DNA of 64,000 nt from Parcubacteria group bacterium CG08_land_8_20_14_0_20_48_21 (GCA_002774425.1 PEYJ01000011.1:35915-99914), one strand, 5' to 3'. Shown: positions 9,827 through 22,214, counted from the first letter of the stretch. Notes: generated by a model from the sequence alone, not told the origin. Numbers and translations are program-made.

Positions 9827-11023
9827 CTATTCGTATGTTACCTGATCCAGTGTACTCACCACTTCCAACCAGAGATGATCATACGGAAGCGACATTTCCT
9901 CTCCTCGCACATTCCTGATGCGAAGCTGCCCAGCCTGCTCCCGTACCCACGTCATTTTCGCCGCACGCCCATGGTAGAGTATAAGCGCGTCGCCCTCGCC
10001 TTCGGTGCGCAAACGTTTTCTGCCTATCGCGTCAATTGTTGCGATATCCGTTGCCTGCACGACGATAGTTCGGGCAATAAGCGGCTCACCTGTTGCGGCA
10101 TCGTACTGTTTTTCCCCTCCCTGACTTCTTTTATAGACACTTTGAGATGCATCGTAGAGCCACTCCACCTTGTATTCCGGAAAAGAGAAATCCAGTACTA
10201 CTTCCCGCACCTCATACGGTACGCAATCTCCACTTTTTTCGCCTGTTGCCTGTATTGCAACGGTAACCATTTTATTGCGGTCGCAAAATTTTGTGGACAA
10301 TGTGTCTGCAGCATAGGGTGCGTTTTGTGCAATAACATACCCTGATGTCTGGGGATACTCGGACGTATCGCTTCCATATATTTCATCAAAATACGCGGCA
10401 AATGCCGGATCTTCACGTACGAGGGTCGTGGAAGCCAGGCTAATGCTTTCTCCGTAATCGCTTAACGAAGGTATATCGGTAAACGTGTTATGCGGTCGTG
10501 GAATACGGGTGTCATGCCAAAAATAACCGCCCTGGTAAAATTCATTGATACTTGCAATGCCGTCTTTGGTAATTTGGGTAAGCGCCTCGGGACTGCCGCC
10601 CACGTGCGCCAGCAGCGCGCCATACCCTTGCGCCCAGTCTACAAAATAAGGGCGTGCGGAACGCACCGGACCGATCCGGTCAACGGTTGAGATCGCGTCA
10701 TCCAGGGCATAAAATGCCAGAAATCGCGTTACACCGCCTTCCGCAGGCGCCTCAATCACGAATAGCGAACCGGCAAGTCCCCATTGCGGGCGCGTAGGCG
10801 AAAAATTGTCTATGGAAATTGCCGCCAGTCGACCCATATACCAACGCACAGTAGATGTCGCAACTGCAGTATCATTAACGATTGCGACTCTAGCGTCCAC
10901 TGCTGACTCTGCCTCGGGTTGAGCTTTGCCCATTTTGCTGTCCAGTAACACGTATGCTCCTGCACATGCCACAAAAGCCCCGCCCAAAATGAGCAAGGTT
11001 TCTGTGCGAGAGAACGGGTTTAT
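9827..11023 (-). CDS. DUF3048 (YerB-like) membrane-anchored protein; start uncertain
   Basis: IDN, PQWGL, EGGVTRFLA, IGPVRSARPYF, HVGGS, PHN; N-terminal TM helix. The ORF-track extension overlaps rplY. Confidence 0.85.
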   Translation of the reverse strand: MNPFSRTETLLILGGAFVACAGAYVLLDSKMGKAQPEAESAVDARVAIVNDTAVATSTVRWYMGRLAAISIDNFSPTRPQWGLAGSLFVIEAPAEGGVTRFLAFYALDDAISTVDRIGPVRSARPYFVDWAQGYGALLAHVGGSPEALTQITKDGIASINEFYQGGYFWHDTRIPRPHNTFTDIPSLSDYGESISLASTTLVREDPAFAAYFDEIYGSDTSEYPQTSGYVIAQNAPYAADTLSTKFCDRNKMVTVAIQATGEKSGDCVPYEVREVVLDFSFPEYKVEWLYDASQSVYKRSQGGEKQYDAATGEPLIARTIVVQATDIATIDAIGRKRLRTEGEGDALILYHGRAAKMTWVREQAGQLRIRNVRGEEMSLPYDHLWLEVVSTLDQVTYE

Positions 11024-11033
11024 CCGCCAGTAT

Positions 11034-11696
11034 CTATGCTTTTTTTGTTTCTCCCCCTTGCGTAGTTTCCGCATGAGCGTCCTTTGACACTTCAGTGGCA
11101 GTTTCGGTCGCCGCGCCTTCCGCCGCTTTTTCTTCCTCCGCAACACTCGGCGCGGTAACCTGCACAATTACCTGTTTAGGATCTCCCGCAAGAGCGAGTC
11201 CTTCGGGCAGCGCCACATCTTCAGCATGAATAATTTTGTCAAATCCGTCTAAAACGCTCAAATCTACCTTGATCTCATGTACCAAATCCCTAGGAAGACA
11301 TACTACTTCCAAAAGCTCGGTCTGTTTTACCAAAATGCCGGCAAGCAGCTTCACCGCGGGAGCCTCACCGATAAATACCAAATTGATATCGGCGTAAATT
11401 TTTTCATCCATACGCACGCGGTACAAATCCACGTGTAGCACCGTTTCCGTGACTGGATGCCGCTGGACATCATAAATCAACGCGGTAACCGGCTCACCTC
11501 CATCGCTGGTAAGCTCAACAAGAGAGTTCCCGCCCGCTTGTGCGTATACCTTTTCAAATTCGGTTGCGGAAATCGCAATCATGATGGATTCAGCGCCACG
11601 CCCATAGAGTACCCCGGGTATGAGGTTTTTTGAACGAATATGCCCTAACGAGTCGGAGGTAACACGGGATGTTATGGAAAGATTGTAGGAAGACAT
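11034..11696 (-). CDS. rplY: 50S ribosomal protein L25/Ctc
   Basis: IPGVLYG, VQRHPV, LHVDLY, long beta domain and acidic tail. Confidence 0.95.
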   Translation of the reverse strand: MSSYNLSITSRVTSDSLGHIRSKNLIPGVLYGRGAESIMIAISATEFEKVYAQAGGNSLVELTSDGGEPVTALIYDVQRHPVTETVLHVDLYRVRMDEKIYADINLVFIGEAPAVKLLAGILVKQTELLEVVCLPRDLVHEIKVDLSVLDGFDKIIHAEDVALPEGLALAGDPKQVIVQVTAPSVAEEEKAAEGAATETATEVSKDAHAETTQGGETKKA

Positions 11697-11829
11697 AGCT
11701 ATCGTACAACGTGAAGTTTGAAACTCGTAACTGGAAACGGCTATGGGTTTTTAAGTTATGAGTTATGCGTTATGAGTTAGCAGGAGCTACCATATCCTAT
11801 TTTTTACCCATTGTCAACACACAACAAAA

Positions 11830-12954
11830 TTATCCTGCCAGCTCCGCAACACTCCATCGTTTTGAACGCATGTACATACTCTCTATAAGTCCGATGATGA
11901 TGAAGCTACTGACGAGCGAACTTCCGCCATAGCTGACAAAGGGCAGAGTGATGCCGGTTACGGGCAGCAGCCCCATATTCATACCAACGTTCACCGCCAG
12001 CTGCATGAGCAGGATAGCCAAGGTCCCAAGCACCATAAAGAGACCAAAATCATCGCGCGCGTACCGCAGTGCGGTTACTATGCGCCAAAATACCAACAAC
12101 CAAAAAGCAAAGAACACCAGCATGCCGATAAATCCAAGGTCCTCGGCCAATACGGAAAAAATAAAGTCCGTCTGCGCCTCCGGCAAAAATTTCAACTGGC
12201 TCTGCGAACCGAAGCTCACCCCCCTGCCAAAGAGCTTTCCTGACCCTACCGCTATGACCGATTGCGTTATGTTATATCCGGAACCAAGCGGATCTCGTGC
12301 AGGATCCAGAAATGTTAATACCCGATCTTTCTGGTAGTCTGCAAAAAGAAAAAACCATCCGGCGGCAAAAGCGGCAAGCAGGCATACGGCAAACAGCAGT
12401 ATATATTTTTTACGAATACCCGTAACGAGCAATAGCATCATCCATACGCCCCCAAACAGCATCGCGGATCCGAAATCAGGCTGGAGCAAAATGAGGCAGA
12501 GTATGATACTCACCGCAAGAACGTTCAGCGCCATATACCGCAGCATGTTGATAAATCTCGCATACAAACTCTCAAACGCCGCCAAAAACAACAGGAAGCC
12601 GACCTTGGCAAACTCAACCGGCTGAAACTGCTGGTCGGCAACCACAAACCATCCGGTCGTGCCACGTATGGTCGCACCGAATATAAGTACGGCGCCGAGT
12701 AGCGCCACGATTCCCGCATAAATCCAGATGCTGTACAGCCGCCATATGCGATAATCCAGAAAGCTCATCGCAATGCAGACCGCAATACCCACGCCACCGA
12801 AAATGAGATGTCTGATGAGATACGTGTAATTATTTTCCGCTCCCGCAAGCGCAACGCTGTAGAGTGCCAGCAATCCGAACCCCCACAACACCAACACACC
12901 GGCAAACAACAGCCAGTCAAAAGTTTTGAAACCTTGGCGCAGTGAGAGACGCAT
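11830..12954 (-). CDS. rodA: Rod shape-determining SEDS protein RodA
   Basis: QPVEFAK, QPDFGSA, DPLGSGYN, FLPEAQTDFIF, PVTGITLPFVSYGGSS. Confidence 0.93.
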   Translation of the reverse strand: MRLSLRQGFKTFDWLLFAGVLVLWGFGLLALYSVALAGAENNYTYLIRHLIFGGVGIAVCIAMSFLDYRIWRLYSIWIYAGIVALLGAVLIFGATIRGTTGWFVVADQQFQPVEFAKVGFLLFLAAFESLYARFINMLRYMALNVLAVSIILCLILLQPDFGSAMLFGGVWMMLLLVTGIRKKYILLFAVCLLAAFAAGWFFLFADYQKDRVLTFLDPARDPLGSGYNITQSVIAVGSGKLFGRGVSFGSQSQLKFLPEAQTDFIFSVLAEDLGFIGMLVFFAFWLLVFWRIVTALRYARDDFGLFMVLGTLAILLMQLAVNVGMNMGLLPVTGITLPFVSYGGSSLVSSFIIIGLIESMYMRSKRWSVAELAG

Positions 12955-13095
12955 ACGATCAACCTACCACACACAACCACGATACACAAACCATGTACCA
13001 TAACGCTACCTCTAAGCCACGAGTGTAGAGCGCAGCGCACTATGATCCCGGCATCACGCATGATCCCATCTCCTCTGTCTGTCGTGACGTGCGTA

Positions 13096-13992
13096 CTACT
13101 CTTCCACGCCAAAAATACCATTTCTTCCCGTCCAGTAGCTTTCGGGATTCAAGATGTCAATTTCAGGTTCAATCCGTATGCTATCAAATCGATTCCGAAT
13201 CCCAAACCAGCTCACCACTTGCGTTGTTGCTTTCCCGGACACCAAGGGGGAAACCACTTTACGCTGCAAGGCAACGGGACGGTCGTCCCGTATGCCGATG
13301 ATCAAGAACCCTACTTCCCAATAATCAAATATGGAGTTGTTCACTGCGGTATAGGTGACGCGGCTCACGACCAACGAACTGTTTTCATGGAGCTGCGCGG
13401 GCGGCGCATACACCAAATCTTTAATGGTAATCTTCTGCCGATCCCCGGCCCAGGCAGCATAGTCGGAAATATCGTGGTTTGAAACATGCGTCCAATCAAG
13501 ACGATCGAAGACAAGGATAACGGTTGCGGCATCTTTGGGCAGGGTGAGTGAAAATCCTGTAAGTGTTTTTTCTTCTCCGGGAAGCGTAAACCCTTCAAAT
13601 ACCGGCGAATTGTAGTCGCCCAGAGAAAAATGATATGAAAATCTTGCATACCAGCGATCGTTGGGATTTGCAACACTTGCGAAAGCATCCGCACTTTCTT
13701 CATTTTCCACGATACCAACGGAGGTGACATTGAGATCCTGTGCGCTGATCTTGGACGCATAATCCCTATGCACCATGCCCGACACTGCAAGTTGCTGTTC
13801 CCATGCGATAGTTTGCTTGCGCTGCAACACGAAGTAATCCACCAGTCCGTAGATACCATTCAGCAGCAGACCTGTGGCAATCGCCAAAAATAGACCACTT
13901 CCCAGCCTCTTCATCTGCAAACGATGCGTAGTGATCCAGTAGCCAATGGCCAGCTGCTTATTGCCGACTTCATGGGGTTGGTAGGAGGGCAT
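13096..13992 (-). CDS. Hypothetical membrane-anchored protein
   Basis: About 298 aa with one N-terminal TM helix and a beta-rich extracellular part; co-oriented with rodA. Confidence 0.8.
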   Translation of the reverse strand: MPSYQPHEVGNKQLAIGYWITTHRLQMKRLGSGLFLAIATGLLLNGIYGLVDYFVLQRKQTIAWEQQLAVSGMVHRDYASKISAQDLNVTSVGIVENEESADAFASVANPNDRWYARFSYHFSLGDYNSPVFEGFTLPGEEKTLTGFSLTLPKDAATVILVFDRLDWTHVSNHDISDYAAWAGDRQKITIKDLVYAPPAQLHENSSLVVSRVTYTAVNNSIFDYWEVGFLIIGIRDDRPVALQRKVVSPLVSGKATTQVVSWFGIRNRFDSIRIEPEIDILNPESYWTGRNGIFGVEE

Positions 13993-14163
13993 AGAAATCA
14001 CCAACAACGTGCGACGGACAACCTTAGGTTTATGGGATATGGTTGTGGATTGTATGTTGTTGGTCGTAGATTATTACATTATATCAAAAAGTATGATTTT
14101 TTACCATGAATTTTCAACAGACAGACCCTTGTTTACCCGGGTATTGTCTGCTACACTCACTAG

Positions 14164-16269
<2,106 letters not shown>

Positions 16270-16391
16270 TATCTTGAAATATATGGTCTGACTCTTGAAG
16301 TATTTTTTCTGATTGTGCCAACATAATTTCTTTTGGTGTTTCAAGTTTCAAGGTTAACGCTGCACGTTTCATGTTCCACGACAAAAGGGTC

Positions 16392-16420
16392 TTGCATAGT
16401 ATGCCGATATCCTGTATACT
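16392..16420 (+). promoter_or_regulatory. sigma70 promoter of secE-nusG-rplK-rplA
   Basis: TTGCAT-17 bp-TATACT. Confidence 0.65.
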
Positions 16421-16468
16421 GTGCACAGTACCAATTCCGCCCGAGGGCGGTTTTAAAAACCACGAAAT

Positions 16469-16678
16469 ATGAAGCTTACTTTACCTGAAAATAAGATAAT
16501 TTCCTACCTACGCTCATCCTACATAGAGCTTAAAAAAGTAACGTGGCCAACACCCAAAGAAACGAGAAACTACACGCTGCTCGTTATCGGCATCAGTGTG
16601 GCTGTCGCGGCTTTTTTAGGGTTGTTGGATTTCATTTTCACGATCGGACTTGAAAAACTCATCTCTCTGAAGGGTTAA
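16469..16678 (+). CDS. secE: Preprotein translocase SecE
   Basis: ELKKVTWP followed by a TM helix; upstream of nusG. Confidence 0.95.
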   Translation: MKLTLPENKIISYLRSSYIELKKVTWPTPKETRNYTLLVIGISVAVAAFLGLLDFIFTIGLEKLISLKG

Positions 16679-16747
16679 TGACCTGCTGCCCTCAATAACC
16701 GCGCAACCGAAACGAAATTCAACTCATCTCGCTACTGTATACTTTCA

Positions 16748-16773
16748 CGAAAGGCGGATCAGCCTCCGGCTGA
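16748..16773. repeat. Short REP-like palindromic element
   Basis: CGAAAGGCGGATCAGCCTCCGGCTGA containing a TCAGCC/GGCTGA stem; intergenic. Confidence 0.4.
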
Positions 16774-16795
16774 ACTTCCTGCAAGCTATCACTCT

Positions 16796-17341
16796 ATGCC
16801 CAGACAAACCGCACAACATGGACGAAGATGGTATGTACTCCATACCTATTCCGGCTATGAAGAAAGCGTTGCGCGCAACCTACACCAACGTATTGAAACC
16901 CTTGACATGCAAGATAAAATTTTTGAGGTGCTCATTCCAACCGAAAAGAAAATAAAGATCAAAAACGGCAAACGCAAGGTGGTGGAAGAAAAAATATTTC
17001 CTGGCTACGTCCTTGTGCAAATGATCGTTGCGGATGATTCGTGGTACGTCGTGCGCAATACGCCGCATGTAACCGGTTTTATCGGCAGCGGCAATACGCC
17101 AACCCCGATTTCCGACGAAGAAGTGAGGGGACTCCAGAAACGCATGGGCGTGGAAGAACCAAAGTTCACGATTGATATTGAGGAAGATACGCCGGTTAAG
17201 ATCACGGACGGTCCGTTCAAAAACTTTGAGGGTAAAGTTGAGGAGGTTGACACGGCTCGTGGAAAGATTAAAGTACTGGTGTCCATGTTCGGCCGCGAAA
17301 CGCCAGTTGAGCTGGACTTCCTGCAAATTAAGAAAATTTAA
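16796..17341 (+). CDS. nusG: Transcription termination/antitermination factor NusG
   Basis: WYVLHTYSGYE, FPGYVLV, KOW motif DGPF, MFGRETPVEL. Confidence 0.98.
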   Translation: MPRQTAQHGRRWYVLHTYSGYEESVARNLHQRIETLDMQDKIFEVLIPTEKKIKIKNGKRKVVEEKIFPGYVLVQMIVADDSWYVVRNTPHVTGFIGSGNTPTPISDEEVRGLQKRMGVEEPKFTIDIEEDTPVKITDGPFKNFEGKVEEVDTARGKIKVLVSMFGRETPVELDFLQIKKI

Positions 17342-17359
17342 ATTACTACATACTATACG

Positions 17360-17386
17360 GTCATTCCGTATCAAGTGCGGAATGAC
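17360..17386. repeat. ATTCC/GGAATGAC-type palindromic repeat
   Basis: GTCATTCCGTA-TCAAG-TGCGGAATGAC stem-loop; a degenerate relative lies at 51286-51307. Confidence 0.5.
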
Positions 17387-17397
17387 ATCCGACTCCT

Positions 17398-17823
17398 ATG
17401 GCAAAACCAATCAAGGCACTCGTCAAACTCCAAATTGTCGGCGGACAGGCAACACCAGCACCCCCTGTAGGTACGGCCTTGGGACCTCATGGTGTCAATA
17501 TGCAGGAGTTCTGCACAAAGTTTAACGATGCGACAAAAAGTCGCATGGGTGAGGTTGTGCCGATTGTCATGACCATCTTTGAGGACCGCACCTTTACGTT
17601 TGTGCTCAAAACCGCACCTGCATCCGAGATGCTCAAAAAAGCCGCGGGCATCAAGAAAGGTTCCGGAAATCCCTTATTAAATAAAGTTGGTAAGGTAACA
17701 AAAGCACAGGTTAAAGAAATTGCCGAAGCGAAAATGCCAGACTTGAACGCTCATACGGTTGATGCCGCTATGAAAATTGTGGAAGGAACCGCGCGGCAGA
17801 TGGGATTGGAGGTTACTGAATAA
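17398..17823 (+). CDS. rplK: 50S ribosomal protein L11
   Basis: [26 protein letters not shown]. Confidence 0.98.
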   Translation: MAKPIKALVKLQIVGGQATPAPPVGTALGPHGVNMQEFCTKFNDATKSRMGEVVPIVMTIFEDRTFTFVLKTAPASEMLKKAAGIKKGSGNPLLNKVGKVTKAQVKEIAEAKMPDLNAHTVDAAMKIVEGTARQMGLEVTE

Positions 17824-17832
17824 GTGTTTATT

Positions 17833-17872
17833 TTGTGGGAGTCCCCCAGTCAACGGGACGTTCGCACCACGC
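17833..17872 (+). promoter_or_regulatory. L1-binding autoregulatory mRNA element upstream of rplA
   Basis: GTGG-GAG...CCAC outer stem with internal loop and GTCCC/GGGAC inner stem, matching the L1 mRNA target shape. Confidence 0.75.
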
Positions 17873-17885
17873 AATATGTTTTTGT

Positions 17886-18563
17886 ATGACGCAACATTCC
17901 AAGCGCTTTGTGGAAAGCGCAAAAAAGGTGGACGCAAAAAAAACGTACATTCCTGACGAAGCGATAAAGCTCGCAAAAGAAACGTCAACGGTCAAATTTG
18001 ACGCGTCCGTTGAAGTACATGCACGGCTCGGTATTGATCCGAAAAAAGGTGAGCAGCAGGTGCGCGCAACGGTTACACTGCCCCATGGCACAGGTAAGAC
18101 CGCGCGGATTTGCGCATTCGTTGCAAATGATGCGGATGCAAAAGCCGCGGGAGCTGACATTGTTGGCGGCGAAGAACTGATCGCCGAAATCAAAAAGACC
18201 GAAAAGATAGATTGCGATGTCGCCATCGCCACGCCCGACATGATGCCTAAGTTGGCTGCTATTGCGCGGGTATTGGGACCCCGCGGGCTCATGCCATCCC
18301 CCAAGAACGATACCGTAACCACCGATGTGAAAAAAACAATTGAAGCGCTAAAAAAAGGCAAGATTGCCTTTAAGAACGATGGCACCGCAAACGTACACCA
18401 GATTATCGGCAAGGCGTCCTTCACGGAAAAGCAGTTATTGGAAAACTACGAAACGTTCATGGATGCAATCACAAAAGCCAAACCCTCGGCAAGTAAAGGC
18501 GTGTATATCAAGAGTGTCGTCGTAACCACTACCATGGGTCCGGGGATAAAAGTGCAAACGTAG
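17886..18563 (+). CDS. rplA: 50S ribosomal protein L1
   Basis: KFDASVE, LPHGTGK, LGPRGLMPSPK, TTMGPG; ATG at 17886. Confidence 0.98.
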   Translation: MTQHSKRFVESAKKVDAKKTYIPDEAIKLAKETSTVKFDASVEVHARLGIDPKKGEQQVRATVTLPHGTGKTARICAFVANDADAKAAGADIVGGEELIAEIKKTEKIDCDVAIATPDMMPKLAAIARVLGPRGLMPSPKNDTVTTDVKKTIEALKKGKIAFKNDGTANVHQIIGKASFTEKQLLENYETFMDAITKAKPSASKGVYIKSVVVTTTMGPGIKVQT

Positions 18564-18595
18564 GGAAGATGCGGATATAGTGAAAATCCTGAATG

Positions 18596-18665
18596 TTGAC
18601 AATAGTAAAAATCTGTACTATAGTATGGTACAGATTTTTTGCTCTTTAACTCTTTCTTTAGGAGG
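18596..18665 (+). promoter_or_regulatory. Promoter, boxA-like motif and SD upstream of an orphan ORF
   Basis: TTGACA-17-TATAGT; TGCTCTTTAAC at 18640-18650; AGGAGG at 18660-18665. Confidence 0.75.
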
Positions 18666-18670
18666 AAAAT

Positions 18671-18904
18671 ATGAAAGGGGTTCGTAAGATGTTCAACGCT
18701 CTTTTGCCATGTTGCTTCATCATGAGCATGGCATTAACCCTGCTGGTATTCGTCGCAATGTTCGTGACTACTAGCAAAAGTCCGGGAGAAGCCCTGTATC
18801 TGGTCATGTACATGACCAGATCATTACCATTGCTGATGGCAATGGTAATGACGAGTGTTGTTGCGGGACTTGCACTCGTGTTCCGTAAAAGAATTTTCTC
18901 CTAA
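18671..18904 (+). CDS. Small orphan two-TM membrane protein
   Basis: 77 aa with two hydrophobic segments; own promoter and SD; hairpin plus T-tract downstream. Confidence 0.7.
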   Translation: MKGVRKMFNALLPCCFIMSMALTLLVFVAMFVTTSKSPGEALYLVMYMTRSLPLLMAMVMTSVVAGLALVFRKRIFS

Positions 18905-18972
18905 CCTTCCCTCGCCCCAACCCGCCAAGTAGCTTCTCGCGAACGGCGGTTTTTTCTTTTCTCCCGCACTTC

Positions 18973-20271
18973 TCACTTACTACCCTTTTCTTTAATGTCC
19001 TGCAATCCCCTGCGGACATCCCAGTCGTCCGGATCGGTATCGGCATGTATGACTAGCTTGGGAAATTGTTGCTTGAGCGCGTGGTGCATTTGATGCGCCA
19101 CGGTACGCAACGTCGGGTGTACCGTTTTTCCGGAACGCAGCTCTATCACGTACACCATCGGCGGAAGTCCGTAGGTAACGCGGCAGGGCACCCGATAGCC
19201 CATTGCGTGATAATATTGCGCCTCATTTTCATCAGCATGCAATTGCTCAACGGCCTCTTTTTGTTGCACCACAAGATTCTCCGCTTCTTTTCGCGCAGCA
19301 ACGGGAAGTTGTTCCACATACCACGGATGAAAACCGAATCGCGTAGTCAAAAGTGGCATGCGGCACACGCCGTTGCGGTGGCGTTGAATATCGCGGAATG
19401 ATCCGAAATCCAGCAGAAAATCAAAGGTGCACTGCCCGAGTTCCGTCAAAAAATGTGGTAGCCCAACATGTGGCGGGCGCATGGTTGTAATATCCCTATA
19501 TTGTTCCAATGCATGCGCATCAATAGTGGTGTGCAAAGCAAAATCAGGATACTGTTCAGGATTGAAATAGTTGTAGCGCCGCGCAACCGTATCACGATAC
19601 TGTTCCTGGTCTGCATACAATTCATGGCTGAAGCTGTGCGCGTATTTTTCCTTTAATTGTGTATGTATCTCTGCGGCAACCTCGCGCACTTCAGTAAGCG
19701 GATGGTGACGCAAAATGGCGAGCTTGTCCCACGCCTGGCGCAAATTGGTATGCCAGCTCAATTGCGTCATTATACCCGCGGGCAAAAAGCCGCGCAATAT
19801 ATCAAACGAACGCGCATTGATGGCGCGCTCATACACCTTTATATCCTCACCGTCTTTTCGCGGATACTTCTCCCGAATATGTGCACGGACCGCTTCCTGA
19901 CTGCCGAGGTAAAATGCCACCCACGTATCCAGTATCGCTTTGGAATTTTTGGTGCCAACCGGATCGGTTATCGCCTGCTGCGACATGTCAATATAGCGCG
20001 TGCTGGTCTCCTGCCCCGCGTAGAGCGGCCAATCCTGCACAGCTTTGGCAACGAGCGTGCTCACCCCCTCAATAAAGATGGTTGTGCTGCCGCAATCCGC
20101 AATGCTTAAGTGACCATAGCCAACATAAAACCGTTCCATGAATTTTCCTGAACCGGCTTCCTGCACCTTTTGGGCATGCACCTCCACGCTCTGCGCGCTG
20201 CGGGAATAAAGCGCTTGCATCATTGCCGTATCCTGCGGCGCAAATTTATCGTAGACGAATATTTTTGGCAT
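18973..20271 (-). CDS. thyX: FAD-dependent thymidylate synthase, tandem Thy1-domain type
   Basis: ALYSRS, GYGHLSIAD, ETSTRY, RGFLPAG, DFGSFRDIQRHR, IELRS..VHPTLR. Confidence 0.88.
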   Translation of the reverse strand: MPKIFVYDKFAPQDTAMMQALYSRSAQSVEVHAQKVQEAGSGKFMERFYVGYGHLSIADCGSTTIFIEGVSTLVAKAVQDWPLYAGQETSTRYIDMSQQAITDPVGTKNSKAILDTWVAFYLGSQEAVRAHIREKYPRKDGEDIKVYERAINARSFDILRGFLPAGIMTQLSWHTNLRQAWDKLAILRHHPLTEVREVAAEIHTQLKEKYAHSFSHELYADQEQYRDTVARRYNYFNPEQYPDFALHTTIDAHALEQYRDITTMRPPHVGLPHFLTELGQCTFDFLLDFGSFRDIQRHRNGVCRMPLLTTRFGFHPWYVEQLPVAARKEAENLVVQQKEAVEQLHADENEAQYYHAMGYRVPCRVTYGLPPMVYVIELRSGKTVHPTLRTVAHQMHHALKQQFPKLVIHADTDPDDWDVRRGLQDIKEKGSK

Positions 20272-20417
20272 GTTATGGAGAAATAATTTTTACAAAAGGT
20301 ATAATGCTACATACCGTGCTTTTTGCAAGTATACCAGCACCATACCCTAGAGCGCAACTGTTGACCCAACCCAACACGTCTGATATTGTAAAGATGCTAT
20401 ATCTAATCCAATTTTTT

Positions 20418-21170
20418 ATGATTCTCTCGGACGCCGATATTAAAAAAGCCATGGAAGACGGGCAAATTAGCGTGAAACCCTTATTTCCTAACGCTGTGCA
20501 GCCGGCAAGTATTGACTTGCACCTTGACCGGTATTTTCTTATTTTTGATACCTCCTACCATCACGTGATTGATATCAAGAATCCGGTGGACGATCTCATG
20601 CGGGAAATTGAGATCAACGACGAACGGCCGTTCGTGCTGCACCCGGGCGAGTTTGCGCTTGGCTCCACCTTTGAAGAAGTTGGCGTTGCAGATGATATGG
20701 TGGGGAGGTTGGAAGGCAAGAGCTCGCTCGGACGCCTCGGCATTATCATTCACGCAACTGCCGGCTATCTGGACCCGGGCAATAAACTTCACATGACGCT
20801 GGAGCTCCACAACATCGGCACGCTGCCGGTAAAGCTGTACTACAAAATGCCTATCGCGCAGATGTCGTTTTCTCCGCTTTCTTCCCGAGCGGAAAAGCCG
20901 TACGGCATTAAAGCAAATAGTAAATATTTCGGTGCGTCAAAACCGCAGGCAAGCGCAATGTACCGGGATTTTATTCAGGAAAAACCTGTTGTCGCTGCGG
21001 CGCCAATACTATCCGTACCACAACCGGAAACTTCATTTACTCCGGAAGCCAAACCGCTCGTGACCGAAATGCAGTCAGGTCCAACACCTATAAGCGAAAT
21101 TTTGAAAGAAAAGAGCGAGGCAGCCGTAAGACCTAAAACACGCGCCACGCTCATTCCGCCCCTCCTGTAA
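20418..21170 (+). CDS. dcd: dCTP deaminase with Pro/Glu-rich C-terminal tail
   Basis: MILSDADI, QPASIDL, EGKSSLGRLG, TAGYLDPG, TLEL. Confidence 0.95.
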   Translation: MILSDADIKKAMEDGQISVKPLFPNAVQPASIDLHLDRYFLIFDTSYHHVIDIKNPVDDLMREIEINDERPFVLHPGEFALGSTFEEVGVADDMVGRLEGKSSLGRLGIIIHATAGYLDPGNKLHMTLELHNIGTLPVKLYYKMPIAQMSFSPLSSRAEKPYGIKANSKYFGASKPQASAMYRDFIQEKPVVAAAPILSVPQPETSFTPEAKPLVTEMQSGPTPISEILKEKSEAAVRPKTRATLIPPLL

Positions 21171-21209
21171 CTTACAGGAGGCAGTTTGGGGAAACACGAA
21201 AAAATTTAC

Positions 21210-22214
21210 ATGCCGCTTCAAGCAAAGATCAAACGCGTTGATACTACACTCCCCCTTCCCCGCTACGCAACGGCCGGTGCGGTGGGTTTTGACATGGTTA
21301 GCCGCGAAACAGTTATCATCTCTCCTAAAACGCTCGTGCGCATTCCCAGCAATCTGATTATTGAAATTCCTGCAGGCTATGCGTTGCTCGTGGTTCCCCG
21401 AAGCTCCACGCCGAAGAAGAAGGGGCTGCTCATTCCGCACGGTATGGGTGTTATTGACCGCGACTACTGCGGACCTGCAGATGAGATACTCATCCAACTC
21501 TATAATTTTACGGCCGAAGAAGTGACGGTTGAGCGGGGTGAGCGCATTGCACAGGGACTGTTCACCCGTATTGACCGGGTGGAGTGGAAAGAAGTGGAAA
21601 CCATGGCACACAACGATACACGCGGCGGATTTGGGAGTACGGAACCGCAATCAAAAATGAACATGAACAAACAGGATATTCTTGATATTATTGCGCGCGA
21701 TTCCTGGATGATGGAGGTGTTACGCGCAGCACGTTTACTCCATCTTCCTGATTGGATGATCGGCGGCGGGTTCGTGCGAAATAAGATTTGGGACGTATTA
21801 CATGGCTTTCAGAATGACATGGTTCCAACAGCCGATATTGATCTTATCTACTTTGATCCACGAATTACTGATGCATGGCAAGAAAAAACCTACGATACGC
21901 AACTGAAGAAAATTCTCGACCTTAACTGGTCATCCAAAAACCAAGCGCGCATGCATCTTAAGCACAACCGCTCGCCCTACAAAAACATTGAAGAAGCGCT
22001 TTCCGACTGGGTAGAAACCGCGACTGCCGTTGCTGTTCGATTGCAAGATGATAGTACACTGAGATTATTTGCCCCGCACGGAATAGATGACCTTATGCAT
22101 CTCATTGTTCGTCCAACACCGTTACATGCTTCTAGCTTGCAGCACTTTCATGAACGGGTACACGGCAAAAAATGGCGAGAACGCTGGCCGAAATTAAAAG
22201 TTGTAGAAATATAA
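21210..22214 (+). CDS. dut: dUTPase fused in frame to a DUF925-type nucleotidyltransferase-family domain
   Basis: dUTPase motifs GFD, PRSS, GVIDRDY, GERIAQ and RGGFGST are followed with no stop by GGGFVRNKIWD, DIDLIYFD, KNQARMH, ETATAV, APHGIDDL and RWPKL. Confidence 0.88.
   Translation: MPLQAKIKRVDTTLPLPRYATAGAVGFDMVSRETVIISPKTLVRIPSNLIIEIPAGYALLVVPRSSTPKKKGLLIPHGMGVIDRDYCGPADEILIQLYNFTAEEVTVERGERIAQGLFTRIDRVEWKEVETMAHNDTRGGFGSTEPQSKMNMNKQDILDIIARDSWMMEVLRAARLLHLPDWMIGGGFVRNKIWDVLHGFQNDMVPTADIDLIYFDPRITDAWQEKTYDTQLKKILDLNWSSKNQARMHLKHNRSPYKNIEEALSDWVETATAVAVRLQDDSTLRLFAPHGIDDLMHLIVRPTPLHASSLQHFHERVHGKKWRERWPKLKVVEI

Noticed and set aside
11024-11167. N-terminal extension of the DUF3048 ORF overlapping rplY
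   Set aside because: It is an off-frame reading of the rplY acidic tail. Similar over-extensions affect pheS, dcd, secG, rplA and pmm in the ORF track.
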